NCBI GenBank assembly: GCA_016748015.1
Contig: JAAOMT010000129.1
Coordinates: 1,159,206 to 1,223,205 of the forward strand
Direction: 5' to 3'
Origin: Geosiphon pyriformis uo1
Lineage: Eukaryota > Fungi > Glomeromycota
Length of the DNA stretch: 64,000 nucleotides
Of this stretch, positions 49,490 to 64,000 are shown piece after piece. The position numbers and the translations under genes are program-made. The notes under the pieces were generated by a model. It saw only the letters and a list, made by a program, of their open reading frames with translations, was not told where the DNA came from and did no database searches. Each line of letters starts with the position of its first letter. Position 1 is the first letter of the stretch.

Positions 49490-50439
49490 GCTACAAAACC
49501 ATAGCATGTCAGTGAGGCGATATGTGGACAAATGCACTTTTGAAAATACCGTCATTGAAAAATCTTCTATCGGTTGCTTTCGGACAAGATTTTTATGGAA
49601 ATGGGTTGGTTAGAGATCTGAGAGAGCTGAAAAAACATTACTATTTGATTACGTGCACACTTAATGTGGATAAATTTAAGATGAGGTTTCCTTTTAGATT
49701 ATAAAACAAAACATTTGTGAAATATTAAACTTTATTGTTGGGTTTAAAATAATTATTATTTTACCATTGATATTTGAACAAGGATGAAATTTTCAGCTAC
49801 ACCTGATTTTTTACAACATTTATTGTTTTGCATTGTTGAAATTCTTGTTATAGATAAGAAAATTGCAGTTTAATATTATAAGCTTATTAAATTTAACATT
49901 AATTTTTTAAAATTTTAGAATTTTGCATAAAAATAATTTTTATGTTTAATATTAAAACATAATTGTAGTTTCTTATTTTTTAGTTCAAACTTATTCAATT
50001 TACATAAAACAATATAATTATTTTTTACATTGATATTTGTTTAAATAATAAAAATTTACTTATATATATTTTAAAATTTTATTATTATTATTATTATTTA
50101 TTATAATATATATGTTTTAAAGCAGATACACATAAAAGTTATTCGGGTTAAAATTACTTTAAGTTAAATTAAAATTCAAAAATAATATTTTGTATTTAAT
50201 TATTAAATAATATTAACATAAATAAATTATTTAATTCAACTCTGATTTTTTTATTAAATTTTAGCATGATAAATTGTATTATAATTTAAAAAAAAATTTA
50301 TTATATATTTTATTATTATTAAAAAAACTTATATTATATTTTGTTTAAAATTTAACCAAATTTTTTATTAAATTAATAATTAATTATTCTAAACATTAAT
50401 CTAAACTTTTATAAAAAACTTTATTTTAATAAAATTTTT

Positions 50440-52490
50440 TTTTTCCACTTTTATTGAGTGAAGTCCAACTGCTATCTAGTACATAGAGCCAAACTAAGTG
50501 ACCCAAATTAAATGCAATTTACACATTTACTACATATGGCTAGCCACTCAAGCCAGTCAAGGCAACACTACACACCTATATTGACACTAATAACACCACT
50601 TAGACCAGAAAAAAAACAGCATGGCAAATGATGACCAAAGCTAACAGCAAATGATTTAACCACACCAAGCATTCTAACCACTCCACTTGACAATATAAAA
50701 GAAGCATCACAAAACAGACCAGAAACAACCCCATCATCAGCAACCAAACCAGCCTTCTCTATTTACACTCTGTATTCAGATCTTACCAATCATGCCTTCA
50801 CACAATGTAAATTAGCTACAAACTTAACAAAACTAACAACCTCATCAATGGTCTGCTTCTTATTCTCAAATACACCCTGAGCTTCCTCATATCATTCATC
50901 TAGCACAAAGTCCTTATACACAATAGAATACAAACCTACATCCAGAAAACAGGCAGACAATGTCCGCAAAACAGCTGAAAATGACAAATCACAAAGACCC
51001 ACCACCAACACCCAATAAACAGAAGTCTCAACCAGAACCTTATCATGAATAACAACATCCTGAAGGCACGTTGTTACTGGAGGTTTTTGGTCTCTTTTCT
51101 TAAATGTTGTTGATGTTGATTTGTTGTGAATTCACATTTTCAGGAAGAAGTTGAACCTCCAGTAACTGAATTTATCTTCAAATTATCTCCTATAATTTAA
51201 ACTGCTGGGCTTATAAGTGGAATAGCCAATTTTGTGCCAGTTACTTTGTATAATTACATTGTAATAAAACATCAACTCTTTCCCAGAAATTGCTCATCTG
51301 GAAGCTCACTAAAAATGTGTAATTACTTTGCTGTGAAAGTCAACTCTTCTACAGGAATTCTTGTCTGTAGACTACCAAAATGATTTATAATAAGAAAAAA
51401 AAGAGAATAAAAGAAATGTAAAAAAAAAAGTAAAACTGATGATTTATGAAAGTCATTTCGGATCCAGGCCTAGAAATGCTTTAACAGTCTACTGAAATTG
51501 ATAGCTAATCAATTTCAAACTGTTAGTAGGAATTGGTTAATTCCAAGGGAAATAATTAAGAATTTGGTTTTTTGAATTTATTTGATATTTATTTTGTTTT
51601 TGTGTGTAAAGGCTGATTCTAATTATTAAATCTGAAGTAAGATACATTTTCTCGAAGAGAAAAGCTTTTCTTTTATACAACTTGTCGTAACATTATTCTA
51701 TGAACTTAAACTTTGCTATTTTCTATAATTTCGCTAAACTAAAGATACATTTCGGTGAACTACAAGTTATTTCTGCAAACTATTAGATATTTTGGCAAAC
51801 TATCAATTATTTCGGTGAATTTCTTACAAATTTCAGCAAACTTTTTGAATGTTACATAGTTCGGGGTATTGCATGATTGATCATTACAATTAGGTTATAT
51901 TTGTGTTATGTACAAATTGGATTATTAATTAAATGATAATTTCAGATATTTTGCTAATGTAATAAGTGATAATTTGAAACGATAATATATGCTAATTAAT
52001 GATAAGATTTATAAGAGTAATTTCATGCTAAACAATATCTCTAATTTTGTCTGGTAACAACGTAAAGGCATGGTCAGAAAATTCCACTCCACTACACAGC
52101 AGGCACAATATGCCAGGATAACCTCTATCATACAGTTTTTTCTGAACAGCTACCAGAAGGCGCTTGTGCACAGCTTTCATCAAATATGAGCACAAATTCA
52201 AAGTTTTCCAACCAGTGAATTCAGTAAGCATATGAGAGTCTGGATGCCAAACCTTTGTGGTAGAAATCCAGTCTACACACCCAACAAGGTCAACAGGTAT
52301 CACACTCATACCAGGCCCAGCCTCCTAGTAAGCATGATTAATAGATCAAAAAATGTCCCTTACAAAGTGGCAGGCATTATCAGAGATTGCCGTTTTTTCA
52401 GCCACCAAATAATGTTCATGAACCCCAGTCAACAAAGAAAAGAGAGATTGAGCAGCATCTCCAGCCACCAAATCAGCCTTGACATTACCC
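50440..52490 (-). mobile_element. 5'-truncated LINE 3' end, split by a solo LTR
   Basis: KVWHPDSHML..YLMKAVHKRL..CLLCSGVEFSDHAFT|CLQD reassembles across the LTR; T-run at ~50440. Confidence 0.85.
51072..52059 (-). repeat. solo LTR, family 3
   Basis: TGTTAC...GTAACA; perfect TSD ACGT. Confidence 0.95.
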
Positions 52491-53391
52491 AAAATACTTT
52501 AATAATAATATTAAAAATATTTTTAGCATTTAATAAAAAACAATTATAATTATTAAAAATTTAATAAATTTAATAATAAACTTTATAAAAAAATAAATAA
52601 TTTATCAACTTAAATTTCAAAAAATTTAGTTTAAAATTTAATAATATAAAAAACAACAGTTTTATTATAAATATTAAACAAATAATACAATTTAAAAAAA
52701 TCTTAAATATAATAAAAAACTTGAAAAAAGCTTTTATAAACCAAAAAAACAGATTATAATTAACAACTAAATAATTTAAACTTTAATTTTTATAATAATA
52801 TTAATATTTAAAAGTTTTATTATTAAACACAATTTTTTTTTAAACATATATTTATAGAATTTATAAGTGTTTTTTAATTTATGTACTTATATTATAAAAA
52901 TAGTTTATTAAAAATAGTTTATTGTTATTAAAAAACATGATTAAATTAACAAGTTAATAAATAACAAAAAAAAACAATATTATATAACAATAAAATAATT
53001 AAAAAAACAATTTAACTTTAATAAATAAATTGAGTTAGTAATAATTTAATATATAAAATCTATCTTATAAATATTTTAGTTGTTATTCTTTTTAAAAAGT
53101 AACAAAAAAATCTGAAAATCTGAAAATAATTTATATTATTAACAAAAAACAATATATTAATATAATTTTATACTTTATATTAATACTTTTAGAATTTAAT
53201 ATTAAGTATTAGTTATATTTTTAATAAATATTTATTCAATATACTTTATAAAAACTAACAATTATACAAATAAAAAAATTAATATTATTGTATTAATCTA
53301 AATATAATTTAAATATAAATATTTTTTTTATGGTTTTGAAATATTTTGTTTATATGATTATATTAATAATTATATTAATAATTTAGTTGAT

Positions 53392-54300
53392 TTTTTTTAA
53401 TAAGTACAGTTTAACTACTATTTAGTATACAAAAACAAACTAAATAACTTTAATCAAATATGGTTCACACTCTTATTATATGTAACCAACCACTTGAATT
53501 AACTAAAACTATATTATGCATCTATATATATTTTTGTATTATTACAAATATCTAAAAAAAATAAACAAGCTCTTTACAAACCAAAACTCACAGCAAATAA
53601 CTCTATAATACCAAGAAAACAAATAATATTTGCTAACAAACAACTAGACACATGATTAGAAAGAACAGAGACCACTCTTATATCACTAATTAGACTATTT
53701 TTTTTTATATCTATCCTGAATTTTACTTTAAACAACTATAGTTTACTCCAATGTTTTTCAGTTAGACATTAAGCAAAATTAACTATCACTAAAACAGCTC
53801 TTTTTTTATCACCAAAAATTATAACTATCCTATTTATTTAATCTTTATAAACAAAATTTTTACATAAAACTACATAAATATTAATATTAAACATTTCAGA
53901 AAGGAGAATACACAGTACTGAAAATAATAATGGAGAGCATCCAGCTACCAAAAACTTCCACAAATTAATATAATCTAACAAAATTTCAGAACGTGTTTTT
54001 GTCTTCTTTGAGCAAGTAAAAACATAATTAAATAATTCTATATTACTACACATCAAGCATAATATTTCAGAGTAGTTTTTGTAATAAAGTTTTTTTCTAA
54101 TAGTAATAGACAGTTTTTTGTAAACACTTTTATCAAATATGTATAAAGAGTAATTAAAACCTTATTTGTGAACTCTAAAAGCATATACAAGTCTGAATGC
54201 TAAACTGCTATCATACTAGTCTAATTTATATTATTAATTATAGCTTCTTTTATTATCTCAACACTTAAGCCAGTTTTTTATTAAGCATGATAAACAGTTC
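53392..54300 (-). mobile_element. highly decayed LINE 3' end
   Basis: MMCSNIELFNYVFTC finger relic; 3' terminus similar to 50450-50490. Confidence 0.65.
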
Positions 54301-54599
54301 TATAAATATTCTAAACATTTAGTTAATAATTATATTAATGACTAATTTTAAAAATAAGATAGTTAATTAAGAATTTTAATAATTAATATATATAACTAAT
54401 TATGACTAAATAAATAAATAAAAGCTAAAAAGTAAAAAAATTTAACTACAACAATATAATAAAATTTATCTTAATATTATGTATTTGTTTTATAAAAAAA
54501 TAAAGTTTTTTAATTATATATTATATATATTTTTAAGAATTAGAAAAACAAAAAATAAAACAAAAAAAAACTTCTTTTTTTTCTTTGTCTAAATTTCCC

Positions 54600-57500
54600 A
54601 AAGAGCAAATTTTGAAAAAAAATTTTTGTTTTTTATCTCACTTGTTATATTACTTTCAATATTTTTCAAGCTAATAATCTCTTTGTAGTGAACCTGGAGA
54701 CTGCTTCAAATAGCAGTATGTTTAAGAAAAAAGCCCCAAAAGGTGCCCTTTATGGTCCTGTTAGTGGTACTTTCTCTCAGAAAAAGAAGGTTTTTGTTGA
54801 CAATATAAAGCACTCTGAAGATGAAAGAGAAATTTTGTTGGTTAGACTTGGTATCAGTGAGAGCATGTATTCAGATATGGACAGTGAGTTCAATAACAAT
54901 GAGGCTGGTGGCTTTGTGGTGGGCTCAAATGGTGGTTTTCTTCTTGGCTCAGCAGCTTCTACTTCCAAAGCTAGGAAAAGGAATAATGGTTTGATTAGTG
55001 GTTCTCCTGTTGGTATTATAGACTTTGAAATAAATGAAAAAGTGGGCTCTCTCCTTCCTTCCCTTAATTTTTCTCTTGACAAAAAGTGGATTGATTCTAA
55101 GATTGTGAAAACTCAGATTGAAGTGTTAGTTAAAAAATCTTTTGCTTTGGACATTAATCTATCAGCTATGGAAGAGAAATCAGCAACAGCCAAAACTTAA
55201 TTTATTAGGAAATTATTTTCATTAGTCAATGATTTTGGGAGGGCCACTACCTCCTCAAAATTTGAAGGAATCATTCAATCTACCTTCACTTCTGAAAATA
55301 GCATGAAAATAGCTGTTTCATTAACCAGGGAAAAGAAGATCACTGTAAACAGTGATCTTAGGAGACAAGAAATAAGATCAGATTAGACTGTGGTGATTAA
55401 GAAAATTCTCATGGATACACCTAAAGATATGATTGTTGCTGCAGTATTTGAATTTGGAAAAATTAAGTCAATCAAAATCCAACTGATTAGAATATGGCAA
55501 AAAGCTGTAGTAGAGTTTGCTGAATTAGACCAAACTGATTTGTTGGCTTTTAAGTGGTCATTCCTGATTGGTAAAGATTCTGTGCACATAGTCAAAGCAG
55601 TAGAAGATCATAAGACTTGGGCATCAAAAGATTGGTTCAGAGCACTTTTGTTTACTTTGCCAATGGAAATGATAGTATATGATCTTGGGACTCTTCTGGA
55701 AAGAGCTGGTAAGAAAACTTGTGTCATAAACAGATCTCTGGAGACTGGTAATAGGATTTGCTATGCTGTGATTGGTTTTAAATCTAATGACAATCTGGAA
55801 TCTGCCTTTTGCACGAAACCTATCTATGATGAAATAAAACTATCTTGGGCTAGAATAGATTTGGTTCATTATGAGAAATGTGGGTGTTTTGGGTATTCAA
55901 CTCTTGAATGTGGTGTTTCAGAAGTATTTGTGCTGCTGTTACCTAAGAGATTATATAAAAAGATTGCTTCAGAGAAATTTCACTTTTGGCTCACTAAATT
56001 GTATGAGAAAAAAGATGTTCCAATCTCTTGTCCAGCTGCTTTTGGTGGCAAATTTGGGTCCAAGTGGTCTTGCTAGCTAATTCTTCTGGTGGTGCTTGCT
56101 TCAAGTCTGGTTTTAGTTCCTCTCCTCTTGGCATTTCACGTTTGGGTGACACTCTTTCTCCTACTTTAGCTAATAGCTCTGGCTTGAATGATTATTTGGT
56201 GGTCTTAGAATGCTCTTTGGAGCTTTTGTCAGATCAGGTTTTTGTGTTGTTGAAAAAGTTGAGCTTTGTGGAGTTGGTGTCTTTAACTGCATCCTCTTCT
56301 GCCCCCCCTCTGGTTGCTCCTGTTTTGTTAGTTTCTGTTCTGAATTCAGATATGGTTTTAGACAGTGCATTGGTATTATTTATTTCCTCTCTCTCTGTTG
56401 GTTTGGACTTAATAGCTAATTTCAGCTTTAGTAGTTCTAAGGTCCTAACCACCAAAGTGAGTAAATTAGAATTCAAAATGATGGCTTTGGAGGCTTCAAT
56501 TCATTCAGTTTTGAGAAGATTGGATCATTGGTGTTCTGGTTTGGATTTGTTAACTCTCTTTTTGTCTCAATGATTGATTTAGTTTGGAAAATTGCTACAT
56601 GTAATGCTCGGGACATAAACAATCCTGCAAAACAAGAAGATATTGTCCATTGACATAAGAATATAAGTAATTTGATTTTTATCATTACAGAAACTAAGTT
56701 GAAAAGTAGAGTCTATCCATGGATTACTAATAAGTTCAATGGTGTCCATGTTTTTACTTCTGGTTTAAATTCTGGATACTTGGATTCTGGTGTTGCCATT
56801 GTTATAAACTCTTCTTTGGCAAAACATATGTGTAAGGTTTCTGAGGTGCCTGGTCAGCTTTTATCCATTAGATTTCTTTTCAAAAATAAACTTTCTGTGT
56901 TAGTTTTGGGGCTTTATGCTGGTACTTTATCTGAAGTTCAGTTTTCACAGGCTGGTGAAATCAACTCTCTTATTACAAAGACTATTAACGAATCTTCTTT
57001 TATCATCTTTGGTGATAACTTCAATAAAGATGGTTCACAAAAATGTGCTAGTTTTAAAAAGTGTATTGATTTGGGACTGGTCAATTCTTTGATAAGTAGT
57101 TCAGTTATGAATTGTCTTACATGGAAGAATTCAAAAGGTGTGGAAAAAACAATTGATTATGTATTGGTTTTATCAAATTTAGTTAATATGATAATGGATT
57201 GCAATATTATGAATGTTGAGAATCACTTTGACACTAATTATCAAGCTGTTTCTGTGTTAGTATGTCTGGGTGGTTTGCTGAACACTTAGTTGAATTCTCT
57301 TTGTAGACAGGTGAATAAGGATCACTAGAAGTTTGATTTTAAGGGGGCTGATAATGCAAAGTGGGGCAAGTTTAAAAATTCTATGGCAGCCAATGCTGCT
57401 ATGTTCTCTGATAATTTTACTATTTCCAAGCAATCCTTAGACTTGGATGTAATATAAGATATGGTTTGCAAGATTATAATACTTTCGGCTAATGAGATAT

Positions 57501-60170
57501 TCAAGAAGAAATGATTTAAGAGCTTTGATAGTATTTTTACTAGAGAATCTTCTAGGTTTCATAAGCTAGAGCTTTTGGTCTCAAAAATTGCTAAGGCCTT
57601 TCATGAGAAGGATATTGATAGATTCACTTTTCTTATGGACCACTGGAATTTTTTGGACAGTGTTATAGCTTCAATTGTGCAAGAAATTGTGAACTCTGGT
57701 ACAGGTTTTGATCATGTACACTCAGCTCTTTTTAGTGTGCAAAAGACATATCATGTCTCTAAGCTTGCTGAGTTTTTGCAAGCTGAAGAATCAAGAATAA
57801 GATCAACTATTGATAAGTAGATGGAGAATTTTGCAGTTAACAAAGGTAACACAATCAGGAGTGTACTGGAGCGTCTTTTTCGAAAGGTGGTTTTGGACCA
57901 CCTGGTGGTTGAAGATAAACTAATTCTGGAATCTGACTTAGTTAAAACCAAGGTTGATGTTATCATGAAAGGTTAAACTAGGAAGCATAATGTGGTGAAA
58001 GATTTTTCTGGTGATTAGTCTTATCAATATCGGCCTTTGGAGTATGTTTTTGATAATGCTTTTTCAAATATTATGTGTTCAGTTGGTTTTGATGAGCTAT
58101 TTGGAGTGGTTTTTAATCTGTTTAATGACAAAGCTGCTGGTCTTTCTGGAGTGTCAAACAAGCTTTGAAAGCATTATGACAAATTGGTCTTGGATATGCT
58201 TTTGGTGCTTTTGAACTCCTGTTTGTTTTGCGAGTCTGTGCCTAATGCTTAAAAGGAAGCTTGAGTATTGATGATTCCAAAACTGTATGAGTAGAAAGAA
58301 GTTCTTACAAACACTTGACCTATTGTTTTAATTGAAACTGCCCACAAAATCTTTTCCAAGATTTTCTTGGACAGAATTTCTTTGGCATGCAGCTCTTTTG
58401 ATGTTTTGCATGGAAACAATTTCTTAGTCCTAAAAAGTATGACAACACAATCTTCCATTTTTGCTGTAGATTCAATTATTGAGGATGCATTGGAAAAAAA
58501 CCATGAATTCTGGTTGGTCTTGCAAGACATGTGAAAAACTTATAACTCTGTCAGGTAAGAGCATCTTAGGAACAGTTTAGTTAGAATAAAGATGTGTGAC
58601 AAGTTCATTAGATTTTTTGGTGATATTCATAATAGTTGTGTTAATAGGATAATGACAGATTTTGGTCTAACAGATAGATATCAAATGCATAATGGTTTGA
58701 ATCAGGGGGAAGTGTTCTTACCACTTTTCTGACACATATTTTATGATTCTCTTTTGTGTAAAGTTAAAAAACAGAAAAGCATATGTAGTTATAGACTAAA
58801 CTTTTATTTTATTGCCAGATCTGGTCATATAGAATCTTAGACTGAATTAACATCTTTTTTTGCTGCTGGTGCTTTTGTTGATGACACAATCTGGATTGGT
58901 AACAGCCAAGCTGCAACCCAACACATTTTTGATGTTGCTAGTGAGTTTTTTCATATCAATGACATTTCTATTAACAATGACAAGACAGTGGTAATTCTTA
59001 TTAATTGCAGAGTTACATATTCTAAGTTGTTTATTAGTGGTTCACCTATATCCATTGCCAAAAAAAGAGAGTTTTGTCACTACCTGAGAATTTTTTTGTC
59101 AACTGAGAGTTTATCAAAGCCTAACCTGGCTAAGGCAAATTCTAATGTTAGGTTTTTCACCAATCTGGTTTTAAAAAAGGCCATTTCTAATAAACAATTT
59201 TCATATCTGGTGTCAGCAGTTCTCTACCCTATTGTCAGCTACAGAACACAGTTCAGTTTTGTTTCTATTGGTATGTGTAATAAGTAAGATTTTTTGATTC
59301 ACAGGAGCTTAAAGCTAAAGTCCAGTTTACCTTTTGATTTTCTCAATAATGCACTTTATCATCCTTCATTGTATGATTTGAAAACTTTTGAGCAAGTCCA
59401 AGCTAAAAGCAAGATTGCTTTTATTATGTGTTTTACAAACTCTGTTGAGATTTTGGGTCAGTTGTTTTTTTATAGGTCACATAATTTGCAGGTTTTGTCT
59501 TGGAATACACTCCATCTATTGGTGTCCTTAGCCTGTATTAAAATCAGTGCTTCTAATAATTTTTTGGCAGATTTGGTTTGCATTTTTTTTGGGTATGGTT
59601 TGTCTCTAGGTGGTCATGTGAACAATTTTTTTTATTTTCATGATGGAACTCTTATGTTGTCTGTTTTTAGTGAAACTAGTTACTTTAAGTTTTTTTCATT
59701 ACTTCAAAGATATGGTATTGCTTTTGTTGAACAGCTCTGTGGTAAAAATGAGGCTGTTTTTGATTGGAGAACATTCAAGTATTGAAAAAGACTGGACCCA
59801 CATGACCCTATTCCTGAATGGTTTAAACTTTCTGTTGACTTTTTTAATGGTGTTGCTCTTTTTTCTGTCTGTTTTTCTCCTGTGGGTGTTGTTGAGTCTT
59901 TTGATATTTTAGAATCTAGTGAGTTTGAATTGGTTTCCAGTTAGTTATTAGGTCTTGGAAATAACAGCCTTTCTGTCTATATGAATGGATCTCTAAGGGA
60001 CTTGGGAAGTGTTGACATAAAAGCTGGTACTGTGGTCTTTTTTGAGAATATAAGCCTGGATTTAGAGGTCAGGGTTTTTGGTTTAATGTCTTCTACTTTG
60101 GCTAAATTGCAGGCTATCATACTGGCTTTTGAGTGTGTTCCTCCTAATAGCTCAGTTAGTGTCTTTACAA
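54600..60170 (+). mobile_element. LINE: ORF1 (~54718-56573) and ORF2 (56570+: APE, RT, RNase H), cut by element E
   Basis: IATCNAR, ITETKL, GDNFN, IDYV (APE); PIVLIE, QDM.K.Y.SV, QGEV, AFVDD (RT); VYMNGSL..STLAKLQAI (RNase H); many stops. Confidence 0.93.
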
Positions 60171-63100
60171 TGTTACCAAACAAAATTAGAGATATTATTT
60201 AGCATGAAATTATCTTATAAATCCTATCATTAATTAGCATATATTATCGTTTCAAATTATCACTTATTACATTAGCAAAATGTCCGAAATTATCATTTAA
60301 TTAATAACCCAATTTATACACAACACAAATGTAACCTAATTGCAATAATCAAATCATGCAATACCCCGAACTATGTAACATTCAAAAGTTCGCCAAAATT
60401 TGTAGAAATTTGTCAAAATAATTGATAGTTCACTGAAATATCTAATAGTTTGCAGAAATAACTTGTAGTTCGCCAAAATGTATCTTTAGTTCAGTGAAAT
60501 TGTAGAAAATAGCAAAGTTCAAGTTCATAGAATAGTGTTATAACAAGTTGTATAAAAGAAGAGCATCTCTCTTCGAAAAAATGTATCTTACTTTAGATTT
60601 ATCACTTAAAACCATTCCTATATACACAAAAAGAAATAAATATCAAATAATTCGAAAAACCAAATTTTTTAATTATTGCACTTGAAAAATTCCCAAAACC
60701 CAACTAACATTTTGAAATTGATTAGCTACCAATTTCAGTAAACTGTTAATGACTCTAGGCCTGGATAAAAAAACGTTTCCCTTGATAAAATCCTATTTCT
60801 TTTACATTTCTTTTATTTTTTTTTTCTTTTTTTATTACAATCATTAAGGTAGCCTACAGACAAGATTCCTGTAGAAAAGTTGACTTTCACAGCAAAGTAA
60901 CTACACATTTTTTGTGAGCTTCCAGATGAGCAATTCCTGAGAAAGAGTTGACGTTTACTACAACATAACTACATAAAGCAACTGGCATAGAATTGGCCAT
61001 TCCACTTATAAGCCCAGCAAGTTCAAATTATAAGAGATAATTTAAAGATAAATTCAGTTACTGGAGGTCCAACTACTTCCTGGAAACGTGAATTCACAAC
61101 AAATCAACATTAACAACATTTAAGAAAAGAGACCAAAAATCTCCAGTAACATTTGGTGCTCTCTTACAGAAATAACACAGCAACAACAAAATTCAAAGTG
61201 GTGACCACACCAGACGCAACAACTCTAGAGTATTACCAATTAATTTACATTCACTGCAAGCAAAGATTCAACATTCCAGATGGAATTGAAGTTGTCAAGA
61301 AATTAGTATACCAATACATTGAAAACTGCATCAACAATTATCTTTTTGGAAATTACAATATCTCAGAAGTTAGAAGCAATCTTTACAATAATTTAGCACA
61401 CTATTCACAGTTGGAAACTGAAGACCTTAACAGTGAAACACTTGCCACTTATTTTCACAAACTTAATTTTAACATTATCAAATACTGTAAAGAAACATAT
61501 CCAGTGCAGTCTCAATACTCTATTGATTTTGAATCGGAAACAGAAACAAGCAACAAAGGCAAAAACAAATTAAAACAATACTCAAAAACCACCCCAAATA
61601 CTCCAACACTACCAAAAACAACTGCCAAACATTTACAAACACCTGAACAAAGAACCAGTTTAAAACTTCCACTTACTATCACACTTTTTCCAGCTTCACT
61701 TGCACAAGCACAAATGCCTAATTCACCCTTGAATCGATTTGCAAGACCAAAAGATTTTACATCACTCAAAAGTCCCATCAGACAACAAGAACCCCTTTAA
61801 ACTAATTCCAATCTTCTTGACTTTCTAGCTGAAAATCAAAGTGAACACTCTAAGACAGCAGCAAACGAAAAAAATGAACCTGAAATATCTGAAGAAAAAT
61901 CAATAGACAGTGAAAACAAAGAAGACGAAATGACAACATACATTGCAAAAATCCCTGAATTTAATGGAGAAGACATTGAGACCAGTCCCCAAGAATGGCT
62001 CGACCAAGTTACTAAAGCTGGAGATGCAAATGGATGGAATGCTGCCAGAATGTTAAGAACAATTCCCTACTTTCTCAAAGAAACAGCATGAGAATGGTTT
62101 GAAAACTTGGCCGTCCCATTTAATAATTGGAACGCTTTCAAAGCAGTCTTCCTTGAACAGTTCACCAACAATAATACCTCCATTACCCTTCACAATCATT
62201 TTCGAAATATCAAACAAGAACCCTCTGAATCTGTTATGACTTATATTGGGAAATTCAACAAACTTCTCAAACGAATTCGCCAACTCGAAACAAACAATTA
62301 TTATTCTAATGCTCAAATCTTGGATTAATTTATCACTGGTCTAAAAGATAAACTAATTAAAAAGGTTCGTCCATATGCACCAGAAGATTTAAACTCTGCC
62401 ATACAGTATGTGAAAAGATACAAAATGGCCATGGAAGAGGCCAATTGCACAAAACTTGTAAATTTGGCAATTGGAGAAACCAGCTCAGCAGCTAAGGAAA
62501 AAATTGACCAACTCACAAAGAAGGTTGAAAACTATTTCACCCATCAACAACAACAGCAACCCCAAAGATATCAACCACTCCAAAGATGAAATCAAAATAA
62601 CTTTGCACTACTTTCCAATAACCAGCCTCAGAATTGCCATTACTGTGGAATCTCTGGCCACTGGAAAAAAGATTGCAGAAAGCTACAACAAGACCAACAA
62701 AATAGGAGTAATCAACGTTACTCTCCACTACAGCAATCTTATTATCAACCACTACCACCAGCTTATTATCCACCAAGACCCCAATACCAAAATAACTATT
62801 ATTAGCCTGCCCCACAGCCAATCCAATAGCAATACCAACAACCACCCACACAACATTATCAAGTACCTGCTCGAAAACTGATTACACAAAATCAATTCAT
62901 ACCACAAAACCGATACCAAGTAAACAACAATAGAATCAGTTCGAACAACCAATTGGTTTCCCGAAATTCCATTCAACCAAGACCCAACCACTACCATACT
63001 CAATCCAGTTATTTAACAATGCCAGAAGAACAGGATTTTCACCATACTGCACCCTCAAAAGATAGCACTGCACAACAAAACCCTTCCTATACTCCCACCA

Positions 63101-64000
63101 GCCAGAATTGCTGAAAATGCTAACCTTTCAGATATATTCCCTTTTGAGTTCGAAGCAAATGAGTTACCATTTCTGCTTAGCAATGCAGCCGCCAATAAAC
63201 AAAAAGCAATCATGGCTATGTACACTGAAACAGAAGTCGAAGGAAAGACAATTCGCTTGATTCTAAACAGTGGATCTGCCGGAAGCATTATTACCTACTA
63301 GTTAATGCAACAGTTGAAGAGAAATGTCGACCGACCAGCTTAAACAGTAATTGTCACTGCTGATGGCATGAAAAAGACCCCAGTAGGAGAAATTGACAAT
63401 TTTCCATTCACTCTTAATGGAATCATCATTTCAGTCAAAGTTTTTGTAATAGATGCACCCCAGTACCAAGCTCTTGTCAAAAATGATTGGCTTCAAAAAG
63501 CCAATACTAATTTGAATTGGGAAACACAAGAGTTAACAATCTCCTACCAAGAACAACATGCCTGAGTACCTGCCACTTATGGTACATTCAATAAATGCTC
63601 TGAAAAAGCCCCGGCTTTTGAATTCAAACCGGAAGAGGAAAAACCCCTCATTGAAACATTCATGGCTCTTAAATCAATGTCCAACTGGACTGATGAAACA
63701 GAACAAGAACATTTTACCCCACACTGTGAACCCGAAACCTCTGGATGAAATATACCTTACTCAAAACCTGAACCAAGAAAACAATGCCCCTATATTCCCC
63801 TTAAATGTAAGGACTGCTACAAGAAACTATCATCAATGGGGGCCTGCATTTTACCTGAACAAGAATATGAAAATCATACTTGTTATTACTGCAAGGCTTG
63901 CCACAGAGAACGATAGGGCCATCTAATAAAAAGAAGCGGAAAATGGGACAACACCCCTTGTTTGACTTGTGGAAATATGCTACTGGAAGAATGCAATTGA
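60171..64000 (+). mobile_element. Gypsy element E (family 3): 5' LTR 60171-61151, PBS, gag, PR, Cys module; continues beyond the window
   Basis: PBS TGGTGCTCTC at 61154; gag knuckle CHYCGISGHWKKDC; PR LILNSGSAGS; KCKDC/YYCKAC/PCLTCG. Confidence 0.93.

Overview
AT-rich eukaryotic DNA, most likely a Glomeromycotina fungus. The repeat families resemble those I recall from Geosiphon pyriformis; this is inference, not a search result. (1) 1-32 kb is a resolvable nest of decayed Ty3/Gypsy LTR retrotransposons with 4-bp TSDs. Host element A (minus) contains element D (plus), element B (minus), a solo LTR and a LINE scrap; B in turn contains element C and another solo LTR. Family 1 (A, B, D) encodes a dUTPase, with a Cys-rich module visible in A and B. 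B, C and D carry an extra ORF3 after integrase. C has a clear -1 frameshift signal. (2) 33.9-49.7 kb is a CpG-retaining gene island: an REase-like pseudogene, RAD1, a CAX Ca2+/H+ exchanger, ERG3 and SNF12/BAF60. The island also hides two features the ORF track misses: a frameshifted Fanzor2 (eukaryotic TnpB) relic with a candidate omegaRNA structure, head-to-head with SNF12, and a fragment readable only with TGA=Trp, suggesting transfer from a Mollicutes-related endobacterium. (3) 50-64 kb holds LINE (APE-RT-RNase H) copies interrupted by a third LTR family. All TEs show heavy C>T/G>A decay.
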